In this document: positions 8,235 through 17,702 of the stretch, piece after piece
Layout of the letters: every line of letters begins with the position of its first letter
How positions within the stretch are numbered: position 1 is the stretch's first letter
Origin: Crocosphaera subtropica ATCC 51142
GTDB taxonomy: Bacteria > Cyanobacteriota > Cyanobacteriia > Cyanobacteriales > Microcystaceae
Assembly (NCBI RefSeq): GCF_000017845.1
Contig: NC_010546.1
Span: 3,810,001 to 3,842,000 of the forward strand
Direction: 5' to 3'
DNA: 32,000 nucleotides
Program-made: the position numbers and the translations under genes
The notes under the pieces: model-generated
Database searches by the model: none
The model's input: only the letters and a program-made list of their open reading frames with translations
What the model was told of the DNA's origin: nothing

Positions 8235-11090
8235 CTACGGTGTTTCTTGTGGATATTGTTTCAGAACTTCTTTTAAATATTGTCCTGTATAAGATGTGGG
8301 ATGTTTTGCTACATCTTCAGGGGTTCCAAAGGTAACAATATCACCTCCTTGATCGCCCCCTTCTGGTCCTAAGTCAATGATCCAATCTGAACAACGAATC
8401 ACATCTAAATTATGTTCGATGACTAAAATAGAATTACCTTTATCCACTAATCTTTGTAGTACATTCAAGAGGTGATGAACGTCATAAAAAGATAATCCTG
8501 TGGTGGGTTCATCGATTAGATAGAGAGTTTTTCCTGTTGCCCGACGGGACAATTCTGATGCTAGTTTAACCCGTTGCGCTTCCCCTCCTGATAACGTAGG
8601 GGCAGGTTGCCCTAATTTAACATAACCTAAGCCAACATCTACTAAAGTTTGTAATCGATTGACTGCCCTTGGTATATTTTCAAATACACTTAACGCTTCT
8701 TCTACTGTCATATCTAAAACATCAGCAATAGAATAACTTTTATACTTCACTTGTAAGGTTTCTCGGTTGTATCTTGCCCCCTTACAAACTTCGCATTGAA
8801 CATAGACATCGGGTAAGAAATTCATCTCAATCACATTAACCCCTTGTCCTCCACAATTCTCACATCTTCCTCCTTTCACATTAAAGGAAAAACGACCTGG
8901 TTTATAACCCCTTGCTTTAGCTTCTATTGTCTCAGAAAAAAGCTGTCTAATACTGTCAAAAATTCCTGTATAAGTGGCAGGATTGGATCGAGGAGTTCTA
9001 CCGATAGGAGACTGATCAATAACAATTACTTTGTCAATGGCGTTAAGTCCCGTAACTTTATCTAGAGACTTGGGCAAGGGAACTTTTTTGGTTAAATGAT
9101 GTTGTAAGGAAGGATAGAGTAATTCATTAACTAAGGTAGATTTTCCTGATCCTGAAACTCCTGTAATAGCTACTAGCTTTCCTAATGGTATTTCGACATC
9201 TATATTTTTTAAATTATTAGCATGACAATTTTTTAAACAAAGCTTATTACCATTACCTGCACGACGTTTTCCTGGGGTTTTAATTACTTTTTTACCAGAT
9301 AAATAATCTGCTGTTAGAGATTTTTTGGCTTTTAATAGGGTTTTTAAATCACCTTGAGAAACAATTTGTCCCCCATGAATCCCTGCTAATGGACCAATAT
9401 CAACGAGGTGATCGGCAGTTCTAATGGTTTCTTCGTCATGTTCAACGACAATTAAAGTATTTCCTAAATCTCTTAATTTCTTTAAAGTATTTAATAACCG
9501 TCCATTGTCCCGTTGATGGAGTCCGATACTGGGTTCATCTAATACATATAATACTCCTGTTAACCCCGATCCGATTTGGGTAGCCAGACGAATTCTTTGG
9601 GCTTCTCCCCCTGATAATGTGGCTGTTCCTCGGTTTAAGGTTAAATAATCTAAGCCAACATCTAAGAGAAAATTTAAGCGGTTTCTAACTTCTTTTAAAG
9701 CTAATTCTCCAATTAACTTTTGTCGAGGAGTTAATTCTAAATTGTCAACTTTATGCAAACATTTATCAATAGAAACACTGGTTAACTCATCAATACTACA
9801 TTTTCCTAAGCGAACGGATAAAGCTTCTGGTTTAAGGCGTTTTCCTTGACACACTTCACAAGTTTGATCAACGATATATTTCTCCATCTTTTGCTTAATA
9901 ATTTCTGAGCTAGTCTCTTGATAATTTCTCTCTAACATGGCTAAAATGCCTTTGAAATGTTTATAATATCCTTGACCACTATCAAAACGAGAATCCTGCT
10001 CAAACCAGATAGGTTCATCGCTGCCATAGAGTAATAAGTCTTGTTGTTCTTTGCTTAATTGATTCCAAGGAGTTTGGATTTCAAAGCCGTAATTTTGCCC
10101 AATACTATAGAGTAACGATAAATAATAAGAATTATCTTTTTCTGACCAAGGAGCAATAGCAGAATATAAGGGAGCATTGGGATCAGGGATAACTAACTCA
10201 GGGGAAAATTGCCGTAAACTGCCTAATCCATGACAGTGAGGACAAGCACCATAAGGAGAATTAAAGGAGAACAAACGGGGGGATAATTCCTCAATAACGG
10301 CACCATGTTCGGGACAAGCAAAATTCTCAGAAAACATAATTTCTGAGTGACCATTTTTTTCTTCATCTCCCATAATATCGATTACGGCTAATCCTTCGGA
10401 ATGGCTTAAACAAGTGCTTAAAGAATCCGCTAATCTTTCTTCAATTCCTTCTTTTTTGATGAGGCGATCTACAACAATTTCAATGTTATGAAAGTGATTC
10501 TTTTTTAACTCAATATTATCCGAAAGTTCCCTAACTTCTCCATCTACTCGTACCCGTACAAATCCTTGAGAGGCTAAACTAGATAATAGTTGTTTATGGG
10601 TTCCTTTTTTCCCTCGCACCACAGGAGCTAAAATTTGGAATTTTGTCCGATCTGAGAGTTCCATAACCCGATCGCACATTTGATCGATGGTTTGAGGGGC
10701 AATTAAGCGATCACAATGAGGACAATGGGGTTCCCCCGCACGACCAAATAATAACCGTAAATAATCATAAATTTCCGTTACCGTCCCTACTGTGGAACGG
10801 GGGTTATGGGACGTAGATTTTTGGTCAATAGAAATCGCCGGACTTAACCCTTCGATCGCATCGACATCGGGTTTATCTAACTGTCCTAAAAACTGTCTTG
10901 CATAGGCACTCAGGGACTCTACATAGCGTCGTTGTCCCTCAGCGAAAATGGTATCAAACGCTAAAGATGACTTACCCGAACCGGACACCCCTGTAAAAAC
11001 AATTAGGCGATCGCGCGGAAGTTCAAGATCAATATTTTTTAGATTATGTTGTCTAGCACCCCGAATCCGTATACTATTTGAGTCAGCCAT
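8235..11090 (-). CDS. uvrA: excinuclease ABC subunit A
   Basis: IRIRGARQHNLKNIDLELPRDRLIVFTGVSGSGKSSLAFDTIFAEGQRRY is present, along with two ABC modules (LSGGEAQRIRLA and LSGGEAQRVKLA) and zinc-finger Cys pairs. The longest ORF starts at 11108; ATG 11090 (MADSNSIRIRGAR) fits UvrA N-termini better. Confidence 0.97.
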   Translation of the reverse strand: MADSNSIRIRGARQHNLKNIDLELPRDRLIVFTGVSGSGKSSLAFDTIFAEGQRRYVESLSAYARQFLGQLDKPDVDAIEGLSPAISIDQKSTSHNPRSTVGTVTEIYDYLRLLFGRAGEPHCPHCDRLIAPQTIDQMCDRVMELSDRTKFQILAPVVRGKKGTHKQLLSSLASQGFVRVRVDGEVRELSDNIELKKNHFHNIEIVVDRLIKKEGIEERLADSLSTCLSHSEGLAVIDIMGDEEKNGHSEIMFSENFACPEHGAVIEELSPRLFSFNSPYGACPHCHGLGSLRQFSPELVIPDPNAPLYSAIAPWSEKDNSYYLSLLYSIGQNYGFEIQTPWNQLSKEQQDLLLYGSDEPIWFEQDSRFDSGQGYYKHFKGILAMLERNYQETSSEIIKQKMEKYIVDQTCEVCQGKRLKPEALSVRLGKCSIDELTSVSIDKCLHKVDNLELTPRQKLIGELALKEVRNRLNFLLDVGLDYLTLNRGTATLSGGEAQRIRLATQIGSGLTGVLYVLDEPSIGLHQRDNGRLLNTLKKLRDLGNTLIVVEHDEETIRTADHLVDIGPLAGIHGGQIVSQGDLKTLLKAKKSLTADYLSGKKVIKTPGKRRAGNGNKLCLKNCHANNLKNIDVEIPLGKLVAITGVSGSGKSTLVNELLYPSLQHHLTKKVPLPKSLDKVTGLNAIDKVIVIDQSPIGRTPRSNPATYTGIFDSIRQLFSETIEAKARGYKPGRFSFNVKGGRCENCGGQGVNVIEMNFLPDVYVQCEVCKGARYNRETLQVKYKSYSIADVLDMTVEEALSVFENIPRAVNRLQTLVDVGLGYVKLGQPAPTLSGGEAQRVKLASELSRRATGKTLYLIDEPTTGLSFYDVHHLLNVLQRLVDKGNSILVIEHNLDVIRCSDWIIDLGPEGGDQGGDIVTFGTPEDVAKHPTSYTGQYLKEVLKQYPQETP

Positions 11091-11351
11091 ATCCCCAAAG
11101 CTTAACATTCCTTAATCTTATTGATCATAACGTTTTTTTTCTGATATCTTGCATCTTGCCAAAAAATTGCGAGTTATAGACATAAAAAAGAAATAAACAA
11201 TAGAAGAAATGGTGTTTTTTTTACTTTAACCGATTTTAAAATGATTGTCTTAATTTTATTTTTCAACTTTTTCTACCAAGATGCGTTATCTCAATTATGG
11301 TAAGGTTAGTGAGATAGGAGACTCAGGGATAGAAAACCCCTATTTAAGTTA

Positions 11352-11840
11352 ATGATGACCTCTCTATCTCGTTATTATTATTTAAAACAAGGAAAAACTC
11401 AAGATAAAGCGAAACTGCTAAAATTTATGGAACTCACCTATGAAGAGTTGTTTCCTGAACAGTCTGATTTTAATCATTTAAGCATCACCATTGAGCAATA
11501 TTTGTCCTCAAAAACGCCGTTATGGTGGATTGAATATCAACCCGAAAATTCGACCCAACCCGAAAAAGTGGCTTGTTTGTGGATGGGAACTGGCGTTGAT
11601 CAAGTCAGTGGCGATCGCTACGGACATATTTTTTTGATTTATGTTAAACCGAACCATCGTCGTCAAGGGTTAGCTACCGCTTTAATCAAACAAGGACAAC
11701 AATGGGTGGATGGACAAGGGTATCATCAAATCGGACTTCAAGTATTTGAACGGAACCAAGCTGCCCAAAAACTTTATAATAAATTAGGATTTTTTCCTCA
11801 ATCTTATTTAATGTTTAAATCTTGGAATATTAACCAATAA
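11352..11840 (+). CDS. GNAT-family N-acetyltransferase
   Basis: The 162-aa ORF has motif A (LIYVKPNHRRQGLATALIKQGQQW) and the C-terminal NxxAxxLYxKLGF block. Confidence 0.85.
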   Translation: MMTSLSRYYYLKQGKTQDKAKLLKFMELTYEELFPEQSDFNHLSITIEQYLSSKTPLWWIEYQPENSTQPEKVACLWMGTGVDQVSGDRYGHIFLIYVKPNHRRQGLATALIKQGQQWVDGQGYHQIGLQVFERNQAAQKLYNKLGFFPQSYLMFKSWNINQ

Positions 11841-11952
11841 AGACATTTTTTAACCCTTCCCTAACCTTACCATTATTAATCAACTTCCTCATTGATTCTA
11901 AAATTCGTTATGATGCTTTAACAAGTCGCCTACTGTGAGAAGTGAGACGGAA

Positions 11953-13326
11953 ATGAATAAACACCATACTTTAAAATCAAAATCCTCTTTAAGAAAAACC
12001 CTGCTCAAACAAAGCGTTAGCTTAGTGAGTGGAGTGGGTATTTTAACCAGTGCAGTCGGTTTCAATGGAGCGATCGCCTCAACGGAAACCTTTGTCATTC
12101 CTGACAGTGCTACCCCTACGGTCAAACCGGAACCAGCTTCCCCCCCTCCGACCAAGGTGCCGAAAGCATCTCCCTATGTTCCTCCCACCACTTCTAGTCA
12201 TACAAAACCAGTCCTACAAAGCACCTCGAATAAACCTAATCAACCCAAAGTTTCACCGAAACCCTCAGTTTCTCAGGCTCGTGAAACGTCTAAACCGAAA
12301 GTTAAATTATCCGCTCCTAAAATTTTAGATCCGCAAACCTCTAAAAACGAACCCCCTAAAACCTTAAAACAAGCCCTAACTCAACCCCAAACCATTCAAT
12401 TATCCCCTTCGGTTACCGCAGGGGGTAAAAATAGTTACATCGATACCAAAAACTATGGTAATCCGACTCCAACCATTACCAAGCCTAATAAAGTTGTTTT
12501 AACGGAACGTTCCACCGGCTGTCAAACCATTGCTCAAAATGGTCAATTATCAGGGGGAAATTGTGGTGCAGTGGCCACTCAACCTGCTAAACCCACAGTT
12601 AAAGCACCCCGACAGTTAGCCTCCCGTCGTGTTACCTTAGCCTCTCGCCAAACTAAAGCAACGACTCAGGTTGCTCAAGCGGTCAGTTCTCCCCCAAAAG
12701 TTCAGCCTCTGCGCTTAAAACGTCGTCCCATTAGCTCTGAACAAGTAGTTAATTTAGAACCAATTAAACGTCAGGGTTTATCCATTGCCTTAGAACCGTT
12801 GCCCCGTTATAACCGTGCTGCTTCTATGTATGGATCTAATACACCTCAAGCACGCAAAACCGATTTAATCTTTCCCTTACCTGTTATCGCCACCATGACC
12901 TCGGCATTTGGTTGGCGTATTCATCCTATTTCTGGAACCCAAAGAATGCACAATGGGACTGATTTTGGCGCACCGTTAGGAACGCCGGTATTAGCGGCCT
13001 ATCCTGGGGAAGTTTCCCATGCTGACTGGTCTGGAGGTTATGGGTTAATGGTAGTTTTGCGTCACCTTGAAGGAACCCAAGAATCTCGTTATGCTCACCT
13101 GGCTGATATCTTTGTGCAACCTGGGGAATGGGTTGAACAGGGTACGGTCATCGGACGAGTGGGTAGTACCGGTTATTCTACTGGGCCACACCTGCATTTT
13201 GAGTGGCGACACCTGACCGAACAAGGATGGGTTGCCGTGGATGCTGGCCTTCATTTAGAGTACGCTATGGATAATTTAATGCGTGCGATGGAATACGCTC
13301 AAGCTAGTCAAACCCCTGAAGGTTAA
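11953..13326 (+). CDS. M23-family (LytM) metallopeptidase with a Pro/Lys/Thr-rich linker
   Basis: The C-terminal domain has HNGTDFGAPLGTPV and GSTGYSTGPHLHFEWR, the HxxxD and HxH M23 motifs. The N-terminus is signal-like and followed by a long P/K/S/T-rich low-complexity region. The track ORF starts at GTG 11935; ATG 11953 (MNKHHTLK) is preferred. Confidence 0.9.
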   Translation: MNKHHTLKSKSSLRKTLLKQSVSLVSGVGILTSAVGFNGAIASTETFVIPDSATPTVKPEPASPPPTKVPKASPYVPPTTSSHTKPVLQSTSNKPNQPKVSPKPSVSQARETSKPKVKLSAPKILDPQTSKNEPPKTLKQALTQPQTIQLSPSVTAGGKNSYIDTKNYGNPTPTITKPNKVVLTERSTGCQTIAQNGQLSGGNCGAVATQPAKPTVKAPRQLASRRVTLASRQTKATTQVAQAVSSPPKVQPLRLKRRPISSEQVVNLEPIKRQGLSIALEPLPRYNRAASMYGSNTPQARKTDLIFPLPVIATMTSAFGWRIHPISGTQRMHNGTDFGAPLGTPVLAAYPGEVSHADWSGGYGLMVVLRHLEGTQESRYAHLADIFVQPGEWVEQGTVIGRVGSTGYSTGPHLHFEWRHLTEQGWVAVDAGLHLEYAMDNLMRAMEYAQASQTPEG

Positions 13327-13368
13327 ACAGAAGGCAGGAGGCAGAAGCTCATTAATGATGTGATGATT

Positions 13369-13403
13369 CTGACTCCTGACTCCGAACCCCTAACTCCGAA
13401 CTC
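13369..13403. repeat. tandem heptamer repeat, 5 units (CTGACTC CTGACTC CGAACCC CTAACTC CGAACTC)
   Basis: Read directly from the sequence in the spacer between the convergent M23 peptidase and DUF1997 genes. It is preceded by GGCAGGA GGCAGAA at 13333..13346. Confidence 0.85.
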
Positions 13404-13410
13404 ATACTAA

Positions 13411-14154
13411 CTAAGCAGCCTGTTCTAAACTAGATTCTTCAATTTTCTCAAGATGACGGCTCGTTTTGGAGGGAATGGGTAGGCTGTGTCCGCTATGAAA
13501 ATCTTCTTGGACTTTGTAGGTTAAACGAGGAGAAATTTGACGAACAATTTGAGTCAATAAGCGATCGCCTGTTTTTTGGATCATGGATAAGGGCAACTTA
13601 TGAATAAATTTAGGAAACTGTACCGCTACATCCATCGCTAAATGCCATTCTACTTTGGTAATTATCTCAGGCAACTGGACTTGATTATGTTTTTTAAAGG
13701 CTTTTTTTAGCCCTACACTAGCAATCTCGCTAGGAATCTCTTTTATAGTCATCGAGGCTTGATAATCGACCTCATAGCCTAAATAGGGTTCGTCGGGAAT
13801 GGGGATACTGTGCATATGATATACGCCATTCACTGAAGGTTCTAGGACAACCGCTAATTTAGGTTCTACTTCATAACCAAAGGACCCAAACTGCCCCACT
13901 GTTAGAATGTAACCGTTATGGCCAATGGGTTCCGTTTTCATCGGTGCAGCACAACGACAAAACCATCCTTGATGAGCATTGAGATAGTCGGCAACGGTAT
14001 CAACATCACTATACATCTCCATATACCCTGTGAATTGAGTCCTAAAATGGACAGGCTTAGCTTCTAGGGGGTCAGTAACCTGTTTATCTTGAAGATGACT
14101 TATGGAACCCTCAGAGACCTTATTCGGATGATTATTGAGCCATTGACATTGCAT
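13411..14154 (-). CDS. DUF1997-like conserved cyanobacterial protein
   Basis: The 247-aa ORF has FTGYMEMY..VADYLNAHQGWFCRCAAPMK..GYILTVGQFGSFGYEVEPKL, which resembles the DUF1997 family as I remember it. No function is known. The true start may be internal. Confidence 0.6.
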   Translation of the reverse strand: MQCQWLNNHPNKVSEGSISHLQDKQVTDPLEAKPVHFRTQFTGYMEMYSDVDTVADYLNAHQGWFCRCAAPMKTEPIGHNGYILTVGQFGSFGYEVEPKLAVVLEPSVNGVYHMHSIPIPDEPYLGYEVDYQASMTIKEIPSEIASVGLKKAFKKHNQVQLPEIITKVEWHLAMDVAVQFPKFIHKLPLSMIQKTGDRLLTQIVRQISPRLTYKVQEDFHSGHSLPIPSKTSRHLEKIEESSLEQAA

Positions 14155-14301
14155 AAGGATTTCTTAACCAGTTAGTTTACAGTGATTGTCGAGATAGCGA
14201 TCGGGTCATCAGACTCCTAGACGGTTACGAAAGTTACGAAACTTCATACAATAAAGAAATGTTACAGTATCCATTTTAAATGAAGTCAAAGGAGTGTGAC
14301 G

Positions 14302-14925
14302 ATGAAAGCATTGGTAGCAGGTGGAACCGGCGAGACAGGTCGTAGAATTGTCCAAGAATTGGTCAATCGTCAAATTCCCGTCAAAGTATTAGTGCGGGAT
14401 CAAGACAAAGGAAAAAACATTTTACCCCCCGAAGTTGAGTTAGCGGTGGGTGATGTCCTGGACGTGGACAGTTTAACCAAAGCCATGACAGGATGCACCG
14501 TATTACTGTGTGCAACGGGTGCTAGACCTAGTCTTGATCCTAGCGGACCTTATCAGGTGGACTATCAAGGGACAAAAAATTTAGTCGATGTTGCTAAAGC
14601 GCAAGGAATAGAACAATTTGTCTTAGTTTCTTCCCTCTGTGTCTCGAAATTTTTTCATCCCCTTAACCTTTTTTGGTTAGTTTTATACTGGAAAAAACAA
14701 GCAGAAACCTATTTAGAAAATAGTGGCTTGAATTACACCATTGTCCGTCCTGGTGGCCTCAAAAACGAGGATAACTCAAATCCAATTTTGGTGTCATCCG
14801 CAGATACCCTGTTTGAAGGGAGTATTCCCAGAAAAAAAGTAGCCCAAGTTTGCGTAGATTCTCTGTTTAAAGATGAATATCAGCAGCGAATTCTAGAAAT
14901 CATTACTCAACCTAGTGAAGCTTAA
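14302..14925 (+). CDS. NAD(P)H-binding atypical SDR (NmrA/TIC62-like) protein
   Basis: MKALVAGGTGETGRRIVQELV is a Rossmann GxxGxxG motif. The ~207-aa length and the YxxxK-like YWKKQAE fit the family. AAAGGAG lies upstream of ATG 14302; the track ORF begins at GTG 14296. Confidence 0.85.
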   Translation: MKALVAGGTGETGRRIVQELVNRQIPVKVLVRDQDKGKNILPPEVELAVGDVLDVDSLTKAMTGCTVLLCATGARPSLDPSGPYQVDYQGTKNLVDVAKAQGIEQFVLVSSLCVSKFFHPLNLFWLVLYWKKQAETYLENSGLNYTIVRPGGLKNEDNSNPILVSSADTLFEGSIPRKKVAQVCVDSLFKDEYQQRILEIITQPSEA

Positions 14926-14981
14926 ATGACTTAAGAAAAAGCCATCTGACTCAATCATTCAACTATCATTGATTAGTTATT

Positions 14982-16163
14982 ATGCAATATCGAAGATTTG
15001 GCCGCACAGAATTAGCAATGCCTGTATTTTCTTGTGGGGGAATGCGTTATCAATATAAGTGGAAAGATGTTCCGGCTTGGGAAATTCCTGGAGATAATCA
15101 GCGAAACTTAGAGGCAACCATCAACCGTTCTTTAGAGGTAGGAATCAATCATATTGAAACCGCCAGAGGGTATGGAACATCGGAAATGCAGCTAGGAAAA
15201 ATATTACCTAAGTTTCCCAGGGAAAAATTAATTATTCAAACTAAAGTTTCTCCCAAAGAAGACCCTAAAGAGTTTCGGCGACAATTTAACCAATCTTTAA
15301 AATTCTTGCAACTAGATTATGTAGATTTATTGGGATTACATGGTATTAATACCGAGGAAATTTTAGACTATTGTATTCGTCCTGGAGGCTGTTTAGAAGA
15401 AGCCAGAAAATTACAAAAACAAGGTAAAATTCGTTTTATTGGCTTTTCCACTCATGGGGCAACTGATATTATCAAAAAAACCATAAAAACCGATAGTTTT
15501 GATTACGTTAATCTCCATTGGTACTATATTAATCAGGTTAATTGGTCGGCTATTGAAGCTGCTAAAAAACATGATATGGGGGTATTTATTATTAGTCCTT
15601 CTGATAAGGGGGGAAAACTGTATGATCCCCCTAAAAAATTAGTTGAATTATGTCAACCCTTAAGTCCTATGGTCTTTAATGATCTTTTTTGTTTATCGCA
15701 CCCAGAAGTTCATACCCTGAGTTTAGGGGCTGCTCGTCCGAGGGATTTTGATGAGCATTTAAAGACCCTTTCGTTGTTAGATGATCCTCAGCCCATATTA
15801 AAGCCTATTTTGGCTAGATTAGAAGAAGAAGCCATAAAAATATTAGGAGAAGACTGGGTCAAGAGTTGGGATAAAGGACTACCCAATTATCAAGAAACCC
15901 CAGGCAATATTAATATTGAAACTATCTTATGGCTAAGAAACTTAGCCTTGGCTTACAATATGATTGAATATGGAAAAATGCGCTACAATTTATTAGGAAG
16001 TGGAGGGCATTGGTTTCCTGGAAAAAATGCAGAAAATGTCCAGAAATTAGATTTATCTAACTGTTTAAGCCATAGTCCTCATCGAGATAAAATTCCTGAT
16101 TGTTTAGCTGAGGCTCATCGCTTATTGGGAGGACAGTCTATACAACGATTATCTCAAAGCTAA
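14982..16163 (+). CDS. aldo/keto reductase family oxidoreductase
   Basis: MQYRRFGRTELAMPVFSCGGM..., INHIETARGYGTSE and IRFIGFSTHG are typical AKR blocks. A ~100-aa C-terminal extension is present. Confidence 0.85.
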   Translation: MQYRRFGRTELAMPVFSCGGMRYQYKWKDVPAWEIPGDNQRNLEATINRSLEVGINHIETARGYGTSEMQLGKILPKFPREKLIIQTKVSPKEDPKEFRRQFNQSLKFLQLDYVDLLGLHGINTEEILDYCIRPGGCLEEARKLQKQGKIRFIGFSTHGATDIIKKTIKTDSFDYVNLHWYYINQVNWSAIEAAKKHDMGVFIISPSDKGGKLYDPPKKLVELCQPLSPMVFNDLFCLSHPEVHTLSLGAARPRDFDEHLKTLSLLDDPQPILKPILARLEEEAIKILGEDWVKSWDKGLPNYQETPGNINIETILWLRNLALAYNMIEYGKMRYNLLGSGGHWFPGKNAENVQKLDLSNCLSHSPHRDKIPDCLAEAHRLLGGQSIQRLSQS

Positions 16164-16275
16164 ATTGGCCATTGTTCCCAGAAGAGGTCAAAGCGTATAT
16201 GAGCAAGATACGCTATATTGATAAACGTTCACAATTCCTATTAATCTGAGATATGATGTCTGATGCTATGGTAAG

Positions 16276-16905
16276 ATGAGTCCTTCTTTAAGCACAATGG
16301 CCGATTCTAATTCTTCTGTTGAGTCAAAACCCATTATTTTAGATGTTTTGCCAGATTTTGCCATTTCTGGACAAAGATGTGCTGGTCGTATTCAACAACA
16401 CATCGACCTTTTACTACTTGCTCTCGAAGCATTAGAATTAGGAGCGTCAGAACAGATGTTAGCGACTGTTAAACACTTCAATCTTGAAAAAATTATTAAA
16501 AATCGCATCGCACTGTGGCGACTGCGTTCAACCAATCCTTGGCGAAGAGCTTATACCCGTGATACTCTGACCATAGAACAAGCAAAGGCCTTGGTAATCA
16601 TTGCTAATTATCGAGTCAAGCCTTTGACGGTACAAATTCGCCAATTATTGCTGGCAGAACAACAAATGCAGCAAAAGGGTTTACCAGTTACTTGTCATTT
16701 TCTGTTGGCTGAATATTTAGATCAATTCCGCGCTCATTTTCGGAGTCGGATGAATCCCCGTCGTGCTAAAGTGTCTGTTTATTTAGGGTCAGAAGAGGAA
16801 TTAAACCAACTCGCCTTATTTTTACTCAAACAGCTATTATTTTGTACAGGCACTGCAGGAATGCAACGATTTTGGATTAGTTTATTTGATGGGGAGGTTG
16901 CGTGA
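16276..16905 (+). CDS. conserved cyanobacterial hypothetical protein (DUF3038-like, assigned from memory)
   Basis: The 209-aa helical-looking ORF (IDLLLLALEALELGASEQ...) has its stop TGA overlapping the GTG start of the next ORF (GTGA at 16902..16905). Confidence 0.6.
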   Translation: MSPSLSTMADSNSSVESKPIILDVLPDFAISGQRCAGRIQQHIDLLLLALEALELGASEQMLATVKHFNLEKIIKNRIALWRLRSTNPWRRAYTRDTLTIEQAKALVIIANYRVKPLTVQIRQLLLAEQQMQQKGLPVTCHFLLAEYLDQFRAHFRSRMNPRRAKVSVYLGSEEELNQLALFLLKQLLFCTGTAGMQRFWISLFDGEVA

Positions 16906-17558
16906 ACATTCAACGTCAATATAGTTTACCTAATTGCACCCTTATTTTAGAAGGGTTAAGCAATAGTATTTCTCCCCCTAATAGTCAGGCCACTCGTCCC
17001 ATACTTTCAATTTTAGTAAATACTGAATGTCGATTTATGGGAATTTCAGAGAAACTCCAAGGGGGTTCTAGTTTACTGGAAAATTTGGTGAAAACGGTGA
17101 GTGAATATGCTCAAGGATATCTTAGTGGAATTCCCCATCCTGTTCATAGCCAGGCAGAAGAAGATAAGATCAATCTTGAGAAAGTTCCGGGACAAGATAT
17201 TCATCGTTTGACTTGGTATCCTTCGACGCAAACAGACCAACCTGTAGAAATCACCTTAACGACGGTACAATTATTTGATTTAGTTGAAAGTATCGATCAA
17301 TTTTTTGCTGATAGTCAAACTTTACCGGACTTAACCCTACAATTACAACCCCTATCTCGTCGCTATCGTCCTCCTGATGAACCTTTGGCACAGCGAGCGA
17401 TTCCTGCTACTTTAGGGATTGCTAGTTTAGTGGTAGCAGCGTTTGCTCTATTCTTTATTCCTTCTCCTGACATTAAAGAACCGGAACCAGATTTATCCGC
17501 ACCTCCTACAGAAACCACACCATCAGGACAACCCTCTTCAGAAACACCTCCTCAATAA
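16902..17558 (+). CDS. conserved cyanobacterial hypothetical protein (DUF4335-like, assigned from memory) with a C-terminal TM anchor and Pro-rich tail
   Basis: The 218-aa ORF has the N-terminus YSLPNCTLILEGLS and one hydrophobic segment (ATLGIASLVVAAFALFFIP), followed by PEPDLSAPPTETTPSGQPSSETPPQ. It has a GTG start coupled to the upstream gene. Confidence 0.6.
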   Translation: MNIQRQYSLPNCTLILEGLSNSISPPNSQATRPILSILVNTECRFMGISEKLQGGSSLLENLVKTVSEYAQGYLSGIPHPVHSQAEEDKINLEKVPGQDIHRLTWYPSTQTDQPVEITLTTVQLFDLVESIDQFFADSQTLPDLTLQLQPLSRRYRPPDEPLAQRAIPATLGIASLVVAAFALFFIPSPDIKEPEPDLSAPPTETTPSGQPSSETPPQ

Positions 17559-17661
17559 GTTATTCAGTATCTAAATTGCTAGTTGAGACTACAGGGAAGC
17601 TTCCAAGCAGGTAAAAACGATTGAAGCTTATTTAATAAAAGTGTTGCTTCGGAAGTAAAAT

Positions 17662-17689
17662 GGAACAGAGAAGAGGATTGTTCTGTTCC
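17662..17689 (-). terminator. candidate intrinsic terminator downstream of the ABC permease gene
   Basis: GGAACAGA (17662..17669) and TCTGTTCC (17682..17689) form an 8-bp stem with a 12-nt loop. It begins 14 nt past the permease stop and is followed on the minus strand by ATTTTA. It lies between convergent genes. Confidence 0.35.
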
Positions 17690-17702
17690 CCCTAAAAAAT
17701 TA

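Noticed and set aside
8844-9065. 73-aa plus-strand ORF
   Set aside because: It is antisense inside uvrA.
11091-11351. LexA/SOS box upstream of uvrA
   Set aside because: I scanned for the cyanobacterial RGTAC-N3-DGTWCB-type palindrome and found no GTAC-containing dyad. The only symmetry is a 7-bp inverted repeat TATCTCA-N16-TGAGATA (11287..11316), which lies nearer the GNAT gene.
11898-12328. ORFs 11898..12155 (-) and 12050..12328 (+), plus 13045..13254 (-)
   Set aside because: All three overlap the M23 peptidase gene. The Pro/Lys/Thr-rich linker keeps other frames open by composition alone.
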